Shown: piece by piece, positions 1 to 9,248 of the stretch | How positions within the stretch are numbered: the stretch's first letter is position 1 | How the letters are laid out: each line of letters starts with the position of its first letter | Assembly: GCA_017416535.1 (NCBI GenBank) | Contig: JAFQCG010000003.1 | Location: 132,911-196,910 of the forward strand | DNA from: Bacilli bacterium | GTDB lineage: Bacteria; Bacillota_I; Bacilli_A; RF39; UBA660 | DNA: 64,000 nucleotides | Reading direction: 5' to 3' | Translations under genes and position numbers: made by a program | Notes under the pieces: model-generated | What the model saw: the letters and a program-made list of their open reading frames with translations, nothing else | Database searches by the model: none | Told to the model about the DNA's origin: nothing

Positions 1-1
1 T

Positions 2-343
2 GAAGCATATAGAGACGGTAAAGCTAAAAAACTTACTCAGCAAGCAAGAAAACTTTCTAGAGGAGAAATAAAAAGAACTAATATATCTGACTTATATGTA
101 TTTGATCAACATTCACATTTATTCTCTCCAGAAGAAGGTTCATTAACAGTAGAAAGATATTTCAATGAACCAAAACCAACATTAGAAACATTTGAACAAA
201 TTCTAAGTACTGTAAGACAAGCAGAGGGATATAAAACAGAAGAAGTAAATAAAGAAGTAGATAGAGTAGTACAACTACATCACATGTTAAAAGAACAAAA
301 TCCAGATGGGCAAGATCACTTCTTTAAATCAACTACTAAATAA
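2..343 (+). CDS. 3' end of an unidentified CDS (start lies outside the window)
   Basis: Open frame from the window edge to a TAA at 341-343, followed by an intrinsic terminator; no recognisable domain. Confidence 0.4.
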   Translation, partial: EAYRDGKAKKLTQQARKLSRGEIKRTNISDLYVFDQHSHLFSPEEGSLTVERYFNEPKPTLETFEQILSTVRQAEGYKTEEVNKEVDRVVQLHHMLKEQNPDGQDHFFKSTTK

Positions 344-367
344 AAGAACGAAAGTTCTTTTTTTATT
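344..367 (+). terminator. Rho-independent terminator
   Basis: Hairpin aagaac-gaaa-gttctt followed by a T-run. Confidence 0.6.
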
Positions 368-398
368 ATAAAAAAATATAATTATACTAGGTGATATA

Positions 399-1487
399 AT
401 GCATAGAAAACTAGATAAAGTATTATTATTCGCAGTAATTACATTATCAATATTTGGACTAATTATGATATATTCAGCTTCTAGTATCTGGTCAGAATAT
501 AAGTTCAATGATAGTTTTCACTATGTAAAATATCAAGGAATCTTCTTAATAGTTTCTATTATAATAATGATAATTATTTCGAAAATAAATTATAAAATTT
601 ATTATGAAAAATCTAATCAAATATTATTAATTTGTTTTGTTTTGCTAATACTTGTACTAATACCAGGAATTGGTAGTATTAGAAATGGTTCAAGATCTTG
701 GTTTGGAATTGGTTCCTTAGGAATACAACCTAGTGAATTTGCTAAACTTGGTTTAATTATTTTTACATCAAAATATTTATCTAATAGTAATAATCATATT
801 AAAAGTTTTAAAAATGGAGTACTTCCAATTCTTTTAATTACATTACTTTTCTTCGGACTAATAATGCTTCAACCAGATTTAGGTACAGGAGTAATACTAG
901 TAATGTCTATTATTTCATTATTATTTATTTCTGGTGTAAATATGAGATTTTTTATATTTGGTGGTCTTCTTGGAATAGTTGGAGTAATAATTTTAATAAT
1001 AATTGCTCCATATAGAATGGACAGAATAACATCATTTATTGATCCATGGAATGATCCTTTAGGTACAGGATTTCAAATAATTCAAAGTTTATATGCTATA
1101 GGTCCTGGAGGGCTTCTAGGAACAGGATATCTAAATTCAATACAAAAACATTTCTATTTACCAGAACCTCAAACAGACTTTATATTTTCTATTATTGCAG
1201 AAGAGTTTGGAGTAATGGGAGCAGTAATTGTAGTAGGTCTATTCTCTATAATTTTAATTAGAGGAATAAAAATATCAACTCATACAAAAGACTCCTTTTC
1301 AAAGTATTTATCATTTGGAATGCTCTTTCAAATGATGTTTCAAACTATTATGAATCTTATGGTAGTAATTGGTCTAATCCCGGTAACCGGTGTAACACTA
1401 CCATTTTTATCGTACGGAGGAAGTTCATTACTTATATCTATGATTAGTATAGGTATATTACTAAACATAAGTCGATATAATAGTTAA
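399..1487 (+). CDS. SEDS family peptidoglycan glycosyltransferase (FtsW/RodA)
   Basis: 362-aa polytopic membrane protein. The SEDS signature regions (PDLGT, GPGGLLGTGY, LPEPQTDFIFS) are readable in the translation. Confidence 0.85.
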   Translation: MHRKLDKVLLFAVITLSIFGLIMIYSASSIWSEYKFNDSFHYVKYQGIFLIVSIIIMIIISKINYKIYYEKSNQILLICFVLLILVLIPGIGSIRNGSRSWFGIGSLGIQPSEFAKLGLIIFTSKYLSNSNNHIKSFKNGVLPILLITLLFFGLIMLQPDLGTGVILVMSIISLLFISGVNMRFFIFGGLLGIVGVIILIIIAPYRMDRITSFIDPWNDPLGTGFQIIQSLYAIGPGGLLGTGYLNSIQKHFYLPEPQTDFIFSIIAEEFGVMGAVIVVGLFSIILIRGIKISTHTKDSFSKYLSFGMLFQMMFQTIMNLMVVIGLIPVTGVTLPFLSYGGSSLLISMISIGILLNISRYNS

Positions 1488-1508
1488 GTTATGTTATAAT
1501 AACTATAG

Positions 1509-2018
1509 GTGAATAATATGGATATACAATTAAAATCATTATTTCTTACAAGATACAACGAAGAAAAGCATAAAAGTTTAAAAGATGAATTTGAGACAGG
1601 TTTATCTCATTCTGAACATATACATCAAATAAGTGAAAGATTAGAAAATGCTAAAGACAATGACAGAAGCATTTATCAAAGTGCTTTTGTTGTTGAAGAT
1701 TTAGGTACCCCAGTTGGATATTTATTTATATCAAGTATGGTTCGTGACGAAGTATTTTTAGAATATGCAGTTCTAAAAGAATTTAGAGGTCAAGGATATG
1801 GAAGTGACATAGTAAAAGAAACAACAGACTATTTATTCCAAGAACACAATATAAGAAGTATTAGACTTGATATAGATCCAAGCAATCAAAATAGTATTAA
1901 TGTTGCTGAAGCTAATGGTTACACAGTAGATGAAGAAGAATTTGCATCACGTAATTTTCAAGGTAGAATGCAATTTATAAAAGAAAGTGATTGTTATATA
2001 TCAAAAAGAAGAAAATAA
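1509..2018 (+). CDS. GNAT family N-acetyltransferase
   Basis: 169 aa. Acetyl-CoA-binding-like RGQGYG motif; GNAT size and layout. Confidence 0.65.
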   Translation: MNNMDIQLKSLFLTRYNEEKHKSLKDEFETGLSHSEHIHQISERLENAKDNDRSIYQSAFVVEDLGTPVGYLFISSMVRDEVFLEYAVLKEFRGQGYGSDIVKETTDYLFQEHNIRSIRLDIDPSNQNSINVAEANGYTVDEEEFASRNFQGRMQFIKESDCYISKRRK

Positions 2019-2040
2019 GCAGGTAACTGCTTTTTTATTT
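2017..2040 (+). terminator. Rho-independent terminator
   Basis: aagcaggtaactgctt hairpin plus T6. Confidence 0.6.
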
Positions 2041-2088
2041 TGTCATAATATATATTACATCTAAATAAATTAATTACAAGGAGGTTAT

Positions 2089-2601
2089 ATGTACTTAAGC
2101 ATAATAGTAATTTCAATTTTAGGAACATTATTTCATTTTTTATATGATATATCTAATCATAATAAAATAGTAGGATTATTTGCTGCAGTAAATGAAAGTA
2201 CATGGGAACATATTAAAATAGCTTTAACCCCAACAATTATATGGAGTATATATGATGGATATATTTATGGAGCAAATCCTAACTACTTTACTGCAAAATT
2301 ATCAAGTTTAGTAATTTTAATAGTCTTTATACCAACTGTATTTTATTTATATAAATATTTTACAGATAAACCAATAATTATAGTAGATATATTAATTTTT
2401 TATATCGCAATTATCCTAAGTCAAATATCATTTTATAGCATTATAAAATTACAGCAAATAGAATTTACCATTAATTATTTATCTTGTATAGGAATATTTG
2501 TTATATTTGGCTTTTATATGGTCCTAACACTTTTACCAATAAAATCATTTATTTTTAAAGATCCTATTACAAATAAATATGGTTTTAAAGGACATTCTTA
2601 A
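2089..2601 (+). CDS. hypothetical polytopic membrane protein
   Basis: 170 aa, 4-5 hydrophobic helices, RBS aaggagg upstream. Confidence 0.4.
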   Translation: MYLSIIVISILGTLFHFLYDISNHNKIVGLFAAVNESTWEHIKIALTPTIIWSIYDGYIYGANPNYFTAKLSSLVILIVFIPTVFYLYKYFTDKPIIIVDILIFYIAIILSQISFYSIIKLQQIEFTINYLSCIGIFVIFGFYMVLTLLPIKSFIFKDPITNKYGFKGHS

Positions 2602-2682
2602 TATGTAAAGTATAACTTAATTTTTATTAATACTTAAATATTTATGATATACTTTAATTAATAATAGTAGAAGGAGTAAATT

Positions 2683-4044
2683 ATGTTAAACAAAATATTT
2701 AAGTTAAAACAAAATAAAACAACTGTTGCGACTGAACTACTAGCAGGATTAACTACATTTATGGCAATGTCTTATATCATTTTTATTAATCCTGCGATTC
2801 TATCAGAAACAGGTATGGATTATAATTCTGTTTATGTTGCGACAATACTTGCATCAATGATAGGAACATTTCTTTTAGGAGTAATTGCAAATGTTCCATA
2901 TGTTCAAAGTGCAGGTCTAGGACTTAATGCATTATTTACATATACAATATGTGGTGCTATGGGCTTTACATGGCAACAAGCTCTTGCAATGGTTTTCATA
3001 TGTGGTGTAATAAATGTATTAATAACTCTAACTAGTGTAAGAAAGAAAGTAATTAAAGCAATTCCGTCGTTTATGCAAGATGCAATAACAGTTGGAATTG
3101 GTTTGTTTATTACCTATATAGGAGTAAAAAGTGCAGGATTAATTGAATTTTCTGTATCTCTAGTAAATAATGGAATAGCCGCTGCTGCAGATGTTGTACC
3201 ACAACTTGCAACATTCTCTACAAAAGATATAATCCTTGCAGTAATAGGTATAGTAATAACTGCTATTCTTGTTTCCAAAAAAGTAAAAAATTCATACTTA
3301 CTATCAATAGTAATAACAACAATAATTGGTTTATTTATGGGAGTTGTTGATTTACCAAACTTTTCAAATTATTCATTTATCCCATCAATAAAACCTACAT
3401 TCTTACAATTAGATTTCCAAGGATTATTTACAGCAAAAGCTGGAATAATTGTAGTAATTATGACAATATTTACATTAGTAATATCTGATTTATTTGATAC
3501 AATTGGAACGTTTATTGGTACTGGTAAAGAATCAGGAATATTTAAAATAGATGATGACGGAAACATGCCAAAAAATTTAGAAAGGGCTCTTATCTGTGAT
3601 TCATCAACTACGATAGTTGGATCTCTTCTAGGTACAAGTAATGTAACAACATATGTAGAAAGTAGTGTAGGAATAGAAGCAGGAGGAAGAACTGGACTAA
3701 CTGCAGTATCAGCAGCAATCTGTTTTGGTCTATCAATCTTTCTAGCACCAATAGTTGCCTGTGTACCAATGGCAGCAATTGCTCCAATATTAATTTTTGT
3801 AGGATTATCTATGGTAGATAATATTGTAAATATAAATTGGAAAAATACCCTTATGGCAATACCAGCATTCTTTATAATTATAATGATGCCATTATCATAT
3901 TCAATCACAACAGGTATTCAATTTGGATTTATTCTTTATGCAATAGTTAATTTAGTTAATAAAAAAGGAAAAGAAGTATCTCCAATTATTTATATATTTG
4001 TAATATTATTCATAATTGATTTTATATATAAGGCAATAGGTTAA
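2683..4044 (+). CDS. NCS2 family nucleobase permease (AzgA/PbuG-like guanine/hypoxanthine permease)
   Basis: 453 aa. N-terminal LLAGLTTFMAMSYIIFINP and multiple TM segments typical of AzgA/PbuG. Confidence 0.8.
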   Translation: MLNKIFKLKQNKTTVATELLAGLTTFMAMSYIIFINPAILSETGMDYNSVYVATILASMIGTFLLGVIANVPYVQSAGLGLNALFTYTICGAMGFTWQQALAMVFICGVINVLITLTSVRKKVIKAIPSFMQDAITVGIGLFITYIGVKSAGLIEFSVSLVNNGIAAAADVVPQLATFSTKDIILAVIGIVITAILVSKKVKNSYLLSIVITTIIGLFMGVVDLPNFSNYSFIPSIKPTFLQLDFQGLFTAKAGIIVVIMTIFTLVISDLFDTIGTFIGTGKESGIFKIDDDGNMPKNLERALICDSSTTIVGSLLGTSNVTTYVESSVGIEAGGRTGLTAVSAAICFGLSIFLAPIVACVPMAAIAPILIFVGLSMVDNIVNINWKNTLMAIPAFFIIIMMPLSYSITTGIQFGFILYAIVNLVNKKGKEVSPIIYIFVILFIIDFIYKAIG

Positions 4045-4045
4045 A

Positions 4046-4071
4046 AAATATCAAGCAATTGATATTTTTTT
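4046..4071 (+). terminator. Rho-independent terminator
   Basis: aatatcaa-gc-ttgatatt hairpin plus T-run. Confidence 0.6.
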
Positions 4072-4105
4072 ATGTTATAATATCATCACCTTGTGAGGTG
4101 ATGAT

Positions 4106-4759
4106 ATGGAAAAAATAATTGATAATATACATATAAAAAGAATAGGTTATTTTAATTTATATTTAATTAAAGGAATTACCGGAGATATATTAATAGATAC
4201 AGGTTTTATTTGTATGAAGAAAAAAATAAAAAAATGGTTAGATAAACACAATGTAAAATTAATAATTCTAACTCATGCTCATATTGATCATATTTGGAAT
4301 ACAAATTATATTCAAAAAATGTATAATTGTGAAGTTGCTATATCAAAAATAGATATTAAAAATATTGATAATAAAAATATTAAAACAAAACCTCTAAATA
4401 AACTAACTAAATATTGGACTAATTTAATGTCTCTTGGTATGAACAAATTTAAAGCAAAACCATTTAATATTAATTACAAATTAAAAGATAAAGATGAAAT
4501 AAATAAGTATGGAATAAAACTAACAATCTATTCACTACCAGGTCATACCAATGGTTCAGTTGGAATAAAATATAAAAAATATTTATTTGTAGGAGACGCC
4601 CTTGTAAATAGATTTAAAGTAACAAGAGCATATCAAAATCAAAATCCTAAAGAAGCAAAAAGAACTGTCCAAAAAATTAAACACATAAATTCAGATATAA
4701 TATTTTTAGGGCATGATAAATACATTACAAGAGATAAACTTTTAAAAGATTTAAAATAA
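4106..4759 (+). CDS. MBL-fold metallo-hydrolase
   Basis: LTHAHIDH (HxHxDH) metal-binding motif, 217 aa. Confidence 0.7.
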   Translation: MEKIIDNIHIKRIGYFNLYLIKGITGDILIDTGFICMKKKIKKWLDKHNVKLIILTHAHIDHIWNTNYIQKMYNCEVAISKIDIKNIDNKNIKTKPLNKLTKYWTNLMSLGMNKFKAKPFNINYKLKDKDEINKYGIKLTIYSLPGHTNGSVGIKYKKYLFVGDALVNRFKVTRAYQNQNPKEAKRTVQKIKHINSDIIFLGHDKYITRDKLLKDLK

Positions 4760-4815
4760 TTAATTGACAAAAATAAAAAAGAATTATATTCTTAAATCAA
4801 TAAGGAGAGATTAAT

Positions 4816-4875
4816 ATGACTAATTATTCTATTAACTTAAGAAGACGTATACGACGACGCTTGGGTATGAAGTAA
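4816..4875 (+). CDS. putative leader peptide MTNYSINLRRRIRRRLGMK (19 aa)
   Basis: Strong RBS aaggagag 7 nt upstream of the ATG. Six Arg in seven codons, four of them rare CGN codons in an AGA-using genome. Immediately followed by alternative hairpins and a terminator. Confidence 0.35.
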   Translation: MTNYSINLRRRIRRRLGMK

Positions 4876-4885
4876 TAAACTTCAG

Positions 4886-4977
4886 ATACAAGCGTATTTA
4901 TAGTGCTTGTATCGTTATAGAATAATTAATTTAAATATAAATCTATAATCTATGCAAGCACATTGCATAGATTTTTT
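4886..4977 (+). promoter_or_regulatory. putative transcription attenuator (anti-antiterminator / antiterminator / terminator)
   Basis: Hairpin A: atacaagc (4886-4893) with gcttgtat (4905-4912). Terminator: ctatgcaa (4950-4957) with ttgcatag (4963-4970), then T6 (4972-4977). The 3' arm of A (gtgcttgtat) can instead pair with the terminator 5' arm (atgcaagcac), 10 bp with one G-U. Confidence 0.4.
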
Positions 4978-4998
4978 AATTAGAAAGAAGGAGAAACA

Positions 4999-6049
4999 AT
5001 GAAAGACAAAATATTAAATGAAATAGTAAATAATACAATTAAATTAATGAAATATAAAACAATAAAAAATGAATATAATGAATTTGATAAAGCTTATAAC
5101 TTTATAAAAAGTAAATTAGAAAAATACAATATAAATGAATATATTATAAATAATTATAAAAACTTAGTAATAAGTAACACTAATGATAAAAATTTAGATA
5201 TTATTTTCTGCGCTCATCTAGATGTAGTACCTGCAAATAATTATATGCCCCGATGTCTTAGATAACAAAATATATGGCAGAGGTGCAATAGACATGAAAG
5301 GGCAACTTTCAACAATAATATCACTTCTAAAAAACAATAAAACAAAAAAGAAAATAGCATTTATCATTACAAGCGATGAAGAAATAGGAGGTTATTGTTG
5401 TAAAGAAATATTAAAAGATTACACATCTAAATTAGCAGTAATTCCTGATGCATCATCTAATTTTAATTTAGTAGTAGAAGAAAAAGGACTACTACAATTA
5501 GAATTAACATCCTATGGAACAACAGCCCATGCCTCTGAACCTTATAAAGGAGATAATGCTATAATAAAATTAATTAATTTATATAATGAACTATTGAAAA
5601 TATATTCACCACCTACAGAAAAAGAATTTAAAACTACAATAAACTTATCTAAATTAATTGGTGGAGATGCAGTTAATATGGTACCAGGAACTGCAACAAT
5701 GACTTTAGATATAAGATTTGAAAAAAGTGATTCAATAGAATCTATACTAAATAATATAAATAAACTAAAAAAAGATATAAAAGTTAAAGTGTTAGACCAA
5801 GGACCAGTATTTCAAGTAGATGAAAATCTTCAAATCATAAAAGAATTTATAAGCAAGGCAGAATTAATATTAAAACACAAAGTAAAAATAGAAAAATGTG
5901 TCGCTACAAGTGATGCTATATATTTTAGTGAAAAAAATATTCCAACTATTCTTATGAATCCAAAAGGTGATAACTGGCATGGTCCAAATGAATATGTAGA
6001 AATAGAAAGTTTATATACTTTATATGAAATATTTAAGACATTACTATAA
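4999..6049 (+). pseudogene. M20 family peptidase (ArgE/DapE-like deacylase), interrupted by a +1 frameshift at a CCCC run near 5247-5251
   Basis: Frame 1 gives HLDVVPANNYMP then stops. Frame 2 continues PDVLDNKIYGRGAIDMKG (M20 signature). Removing one C restores a single approximately 340-aa ORF. Confidence 0.6.
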
Positions 6050-6079
6050 CAAAATGTTATAATTGTAATAGGTGATAAT

Positions 6080-6637
6080 ATGAATTACAAAGATATAAAA
6101 ACAAAAGAACAATTATCTGAATGGATGGACAAAATAACATATGGATATAAAGGTAAAACAAAATATCATACATATGAAGAAAATGATTTTAATGATGTTT
6201 GGTATAATGAGTATTTATTATCAGCACCAAACGATGTAATAAAATCAAAAATAGGTAATTGTTGGGATCAAACAGAATTAGAAAGATATTGGTTTAAATC
6301 AAAAAATTATGAGATAAAAACATTATATGAAATGGTAAAACTACCATATGAAAATCCTTATCCAACACATACGTTCTTAGTTTTTAAAGATAACAATAAA
6401 TGGTACTGGTTTGAAAATGCAGATTTTCAAAATAGAGGAATACATGAATTTAATACCATAGATGATTTAATAAACTATCAACAAGAAAAATACATAGAAT
6501 CATTAAAAACATTTTCGATAAAGGATGAAGAATTAAAAAATATAATTCTAAAAGAATATGAAAAACCTAAATCAAATATAAGTGCAAAAGAGTTTATAGA
6601 ACATGTTATAAACTCTAAAGATTATAAAGGAGAATAA
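6080..6637 (+). CDS. hypothetical protein, possible Cys/His hydrolase
   Basis: 185 aa. Conserved-looking GNCWD ... HTF; no firm family assignment. Confidence 0.35.
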   Translation: MNYKDIKTKEQLSEWMDKITYGYKGKTKYHTYEENDFNDVWYNEYLLSAPNDVIKSKIGNCWDQTELERYWFKSKNYEIKTLYEMVKLPYENPYPTHTFLVFKDNNKWYWFENADFQNRGIHEFNTIDDLINYQQEKYIESLKTFSIKDEELKNIILKEYEKPKSNISAKEFIEHVINSKDYKGE

Positions 6638-6638
6638 T

Positions 6639-7262
6639 ATGGAATTTATAGAAGAAATTAAAATATTAGAAAATACATTTAGAAGCAAAGAAACATATTT
6701 AACATACATAGGAAACACAGATGTACTACTTACTGCAGTACATACAATGGATCAACTAAAAGAAGATGGTACATTTAAATTTGAAGAATTCTATACAAAA
6801 GCAATTGCTAGATATGTTGCGGCAAAAACAGATTCATCTTATTTTGTAAAAATAAAAGACACAAATATAGATTCTAATTCACTAGTAACAGATGATTTTA
6901 AAGAACAACTGTTAAACTACATTGAAGAAAATAATATTAAGTTAATTATTGATATCCATGGTGCTAAAGAAGAAAGAGATTTTGATGTTGAACTTGGAAC
7001 ATTAAATAATATTTCTGCTGACTATTCATCAATAAAAGAACTTGAAGATGCATTTAAAGAAGTAGGAATTACTAAAGTACAATATAATAATCCATTTAAA
7101 GGAGGAGGAATTACCCAAACTATATTCGCAAATACCAATATAGATGTAATACAAATAGAAATAAATGGAAAATATCGTAATATTGATGAACCGGAGAAAA
7201 TAGAAAAAATTTGTAAAGCACTTATTAACTTTATAAAAATGTATAATAATATTGTAGACTAA
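6639..7262 (+). CDS. hypothetical protein (possible N-formylglutamate amidohydrolase-fold hydrolase)
   Basis: 207 aa, IDIHGA motif; weak assignment. Confidence 0.3.
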   Translation: MEFIEEIKILENTFRSKETYLTYIGNTDVLLTAVHTMDQLKEDGTFKFEEFYTKAIARYVAAKTDSSYFVKIKDTNIDSNSLVTDDFKEQLLNYIEENNIKLIIDIHGAKEERDFDVELGTLNNISADYSSIKELEDAFKEVGITKVQYNNPFKGGGITQTIFANTNIDVIQIEINGKYRNIDEPEKIEKICKALINFIKMYNNIVD

Positions 7263-7266
7263 TGGA

Positions 7267-8961
7267 GTGATAAAATTGATCCAAGATAAAATAAATAATT
7301 TAAAAATAACTGATACTAAAATAAGAAAAATAATAAAAAATATTGAAGAAAATATTATAAAATTATCAAAAGATACAAATAGAGATAATCAACTTAAAAT
7401 AATAGATATAATTTCAAATGAACGTAATAAATATTTAACATATTATTGGGCAAGTTATATTGGATATTTAAAAAATATAAAAGATGAAAAGTATCTTACA
7501 TCAGAAAAAATAATTGCTAAATACGAAGGTGACTATAATAATGCAGTATATAAGTTTTTTGAAACAATAGATAGTATAAAAGAAAAGGATCATATTATAA
7601 AAGTATATGGTAAACGATTTATAGATTTAGCTCATAATCAAAAACTATTATATTCAAACAGCACAGAACTATTTGAAGAAGAATTATCACTTCGCAAGGA
7701 ATATAGAAAGATACTTAATAATATAAGAATAAATTTTAACAATGAAGAAATATCTCTTGTGAAATTAAATAAATATCTTACAGATGATAATGAACAAATA
7801 AGAAAAGAAGCATATGACAAAAGATATGAAGCATTATTAAAAGTTAGTGATGAATTAGGTAATATATTTATAAAATTACTAAAAGTAAGAAAGAAAATCG
7901 CATTGTCAACTAACTTTAAAAATTATACAGACTATAGTTTTATTAAAATGAATAGAGTAGATTACAAAGAAAATGATTTAAGAATGTTTAAGGATATAAT
8001 TCTAACATTCTTTGTTCCATTAAAAGAAAAACTAAAAGAAACACAAACAAAAAGATTACATGAAAAGAAATTATCATATTATAATGCATCATATTTATTT
8101 AATGATGGAAATGCCAAAACAAAATATAATATTGAAGAAATTTGCAATAAATTAAATGATATATTCAAAAAATTAAATACTGAATTTAGTGAACTATTTA
8201 CAATGATGTTAGAAAATAACTTAATTGATTTAGAAGAAAGAGAAAATAAAAGTGCTGGTGGAATTACAACATTCCTACCAGATTTCCAAGTTCCAGTATT
8301 TATAAAAAGATATATGGATAATTCAAATAATTTTATTGCGATTACTCATGAATTTGGACACTCACTTCAATTATATTTAAATAGGAATAAAACACTTCAT
8401 GAAAACAGATGGCCAACATTTGATATATGTGAAATACATTCAACTACAATGGAATTATTAGTAAGTGATTATACAAATGAAATATATGAAGAAGACTATA
8501 AAAAACATTTAATTACTCACTATACAAATTTAATTGAAATATTAGTAAGAACAGCTGCTGTTGATGATTTTCAAAGTAAAATATATTCAGAAGATAACTT
8601 AACCATCGAAGATGTAAATAATATTTGGAAAGATATATATAAGCAGTATTATCCAACAAATAATTATGATTTAGATTATTTTAAAAAAGGTATTTTATGG
8701 CAAGCAGATATAAATAGAATAGATGATCCATTTTATGGTATAGATTATGCACTTGCGGAAATATATGCTTTATCATTTTATCAAAAGTACTCAAATAATA
8801 AAGAGAAGGGGATTAAAGACTTTATATCATTCTGTAAAGATGGCGGAGAAATATCATTTAAAGAAATATCTAAAAAGTATAATTTATTAAATCCATTTAC
8901 AGAAAAAGACTTAATATCTATAGCAAAATTCTTTGAAGAAAAACTAGAAAAAATTTTATAA
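7267..8961 (+). CDS. pepF: M3B oligoendopeptidase F
   Basis: 564 aa. HEFGHSLQ HEXXH zinc motif in a PepF-like context. Confidence 0.8.
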   Translation: MIKLIQDKINNLKITDTKIRKIIKNIEENIIKLSKDTNRDNQLKIIDIISNERNKYLTYYWASYIGYLKNIKDEKYLTSEKIIAKYEGDYNNAVYKFFETIDSIKEKDHIIKVYGKRFIDLAHNQKLLYSNSTELFEEELSLRKEYRKILNNIRINFNNEEISLVKLNKYLTDDNEQIRKEAYDKRYEALLKVSDELGNIFIKLLKVRKKIALSTNFKNYTDYSFIKMNRVDYKENDLRMFKDIILTFFVPLKEKLKETQTKRLHEKKLSYYNASYLFNDGNAKTKYNIEEICNKLNDIFKKLNTEFSELFTMMLENNLIDLEERENKSAGGITTFLPDFQVPVFIKRYMDNSNNFIAITHEFGHSLQLYLNRNKTLHENRWPTFDICEIHSTTMELLVSDYTNEIYEEDYKKHLITHYTNLIEILVRTAAVDDFQSKIYSEDNLTIEDVNNIWKDIYKQYYPTNNYDLDYFKKGILWQADINRIDDPFYGIDYALAEIYALSFYQKYSNNKEKGIKDFISFCKDGGEISFKEISKKYNLLNPFTEKDLISIAKFFEEKLEKIL

Positions 8962-8982
8962 TAAACTTTTGTTATTAACATA

Positions 8983-9011
8983 TTGACAAAAACACAAAAG
9001 TATAGTATAAT
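8983..9011 (+). promoter_or_regulatory. sigma-A promoter
   Basis: TTGACA (8983-8988), 17-nt spacer, TATAAT (9006-9011). Confidence 0.5.
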
Positions 9012-9017
9012 TATAAC

Positions 9018-9141
9018 CATGTTGAGAGGGAGTAGTCCTTAAATGTTATAGTACGTCATCGTGGAAATATAAACCCGTATTATAAAAAGTATTAAAAGTT
9101 TGGACGAGACTTTTACATTAATGTAAGAGTCTCGTTTTTTT
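9018..9141 (+). ncRNA. approximately 120-nt structured leader or small RNA ending in a strong intrinsic terminator
   Basis: Promoter directly upstream. Hairpin acgagacttttacattaatgtaagagtctcgt (9104-9135) plus T7. The downstream ORF starts 108 nt later with no obvious second promoter. Confidence 0.3.
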
Positions 9142-9248
9142 GTTTTTAGAAACACTTACAAATGTAAAATATTCCTCTCTGCAGCAAGTGTTATGAACAA
9201 AATGTAAAAAACAAATAATATTTTTTAAAACAAAGGGAGGAATATTTT

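Noticed and set aside
2602-2682. Checked for a purine riboswitch upstream of the NCS2 purine permease
   Set aside because: The 80-nt leader is almost pure A/T with no P1-P2-P3 three-way-junction sequences. It is too short and unstructured.
3369-3908. 179-aa minus-strand ORF inside the NCS2 permease gene
   Set aside because: It lies entirely antisense within a well-supported coding region, has a low-complexity translation and has no RBS. This is a typical shadow ORF in AT-rich DNA.
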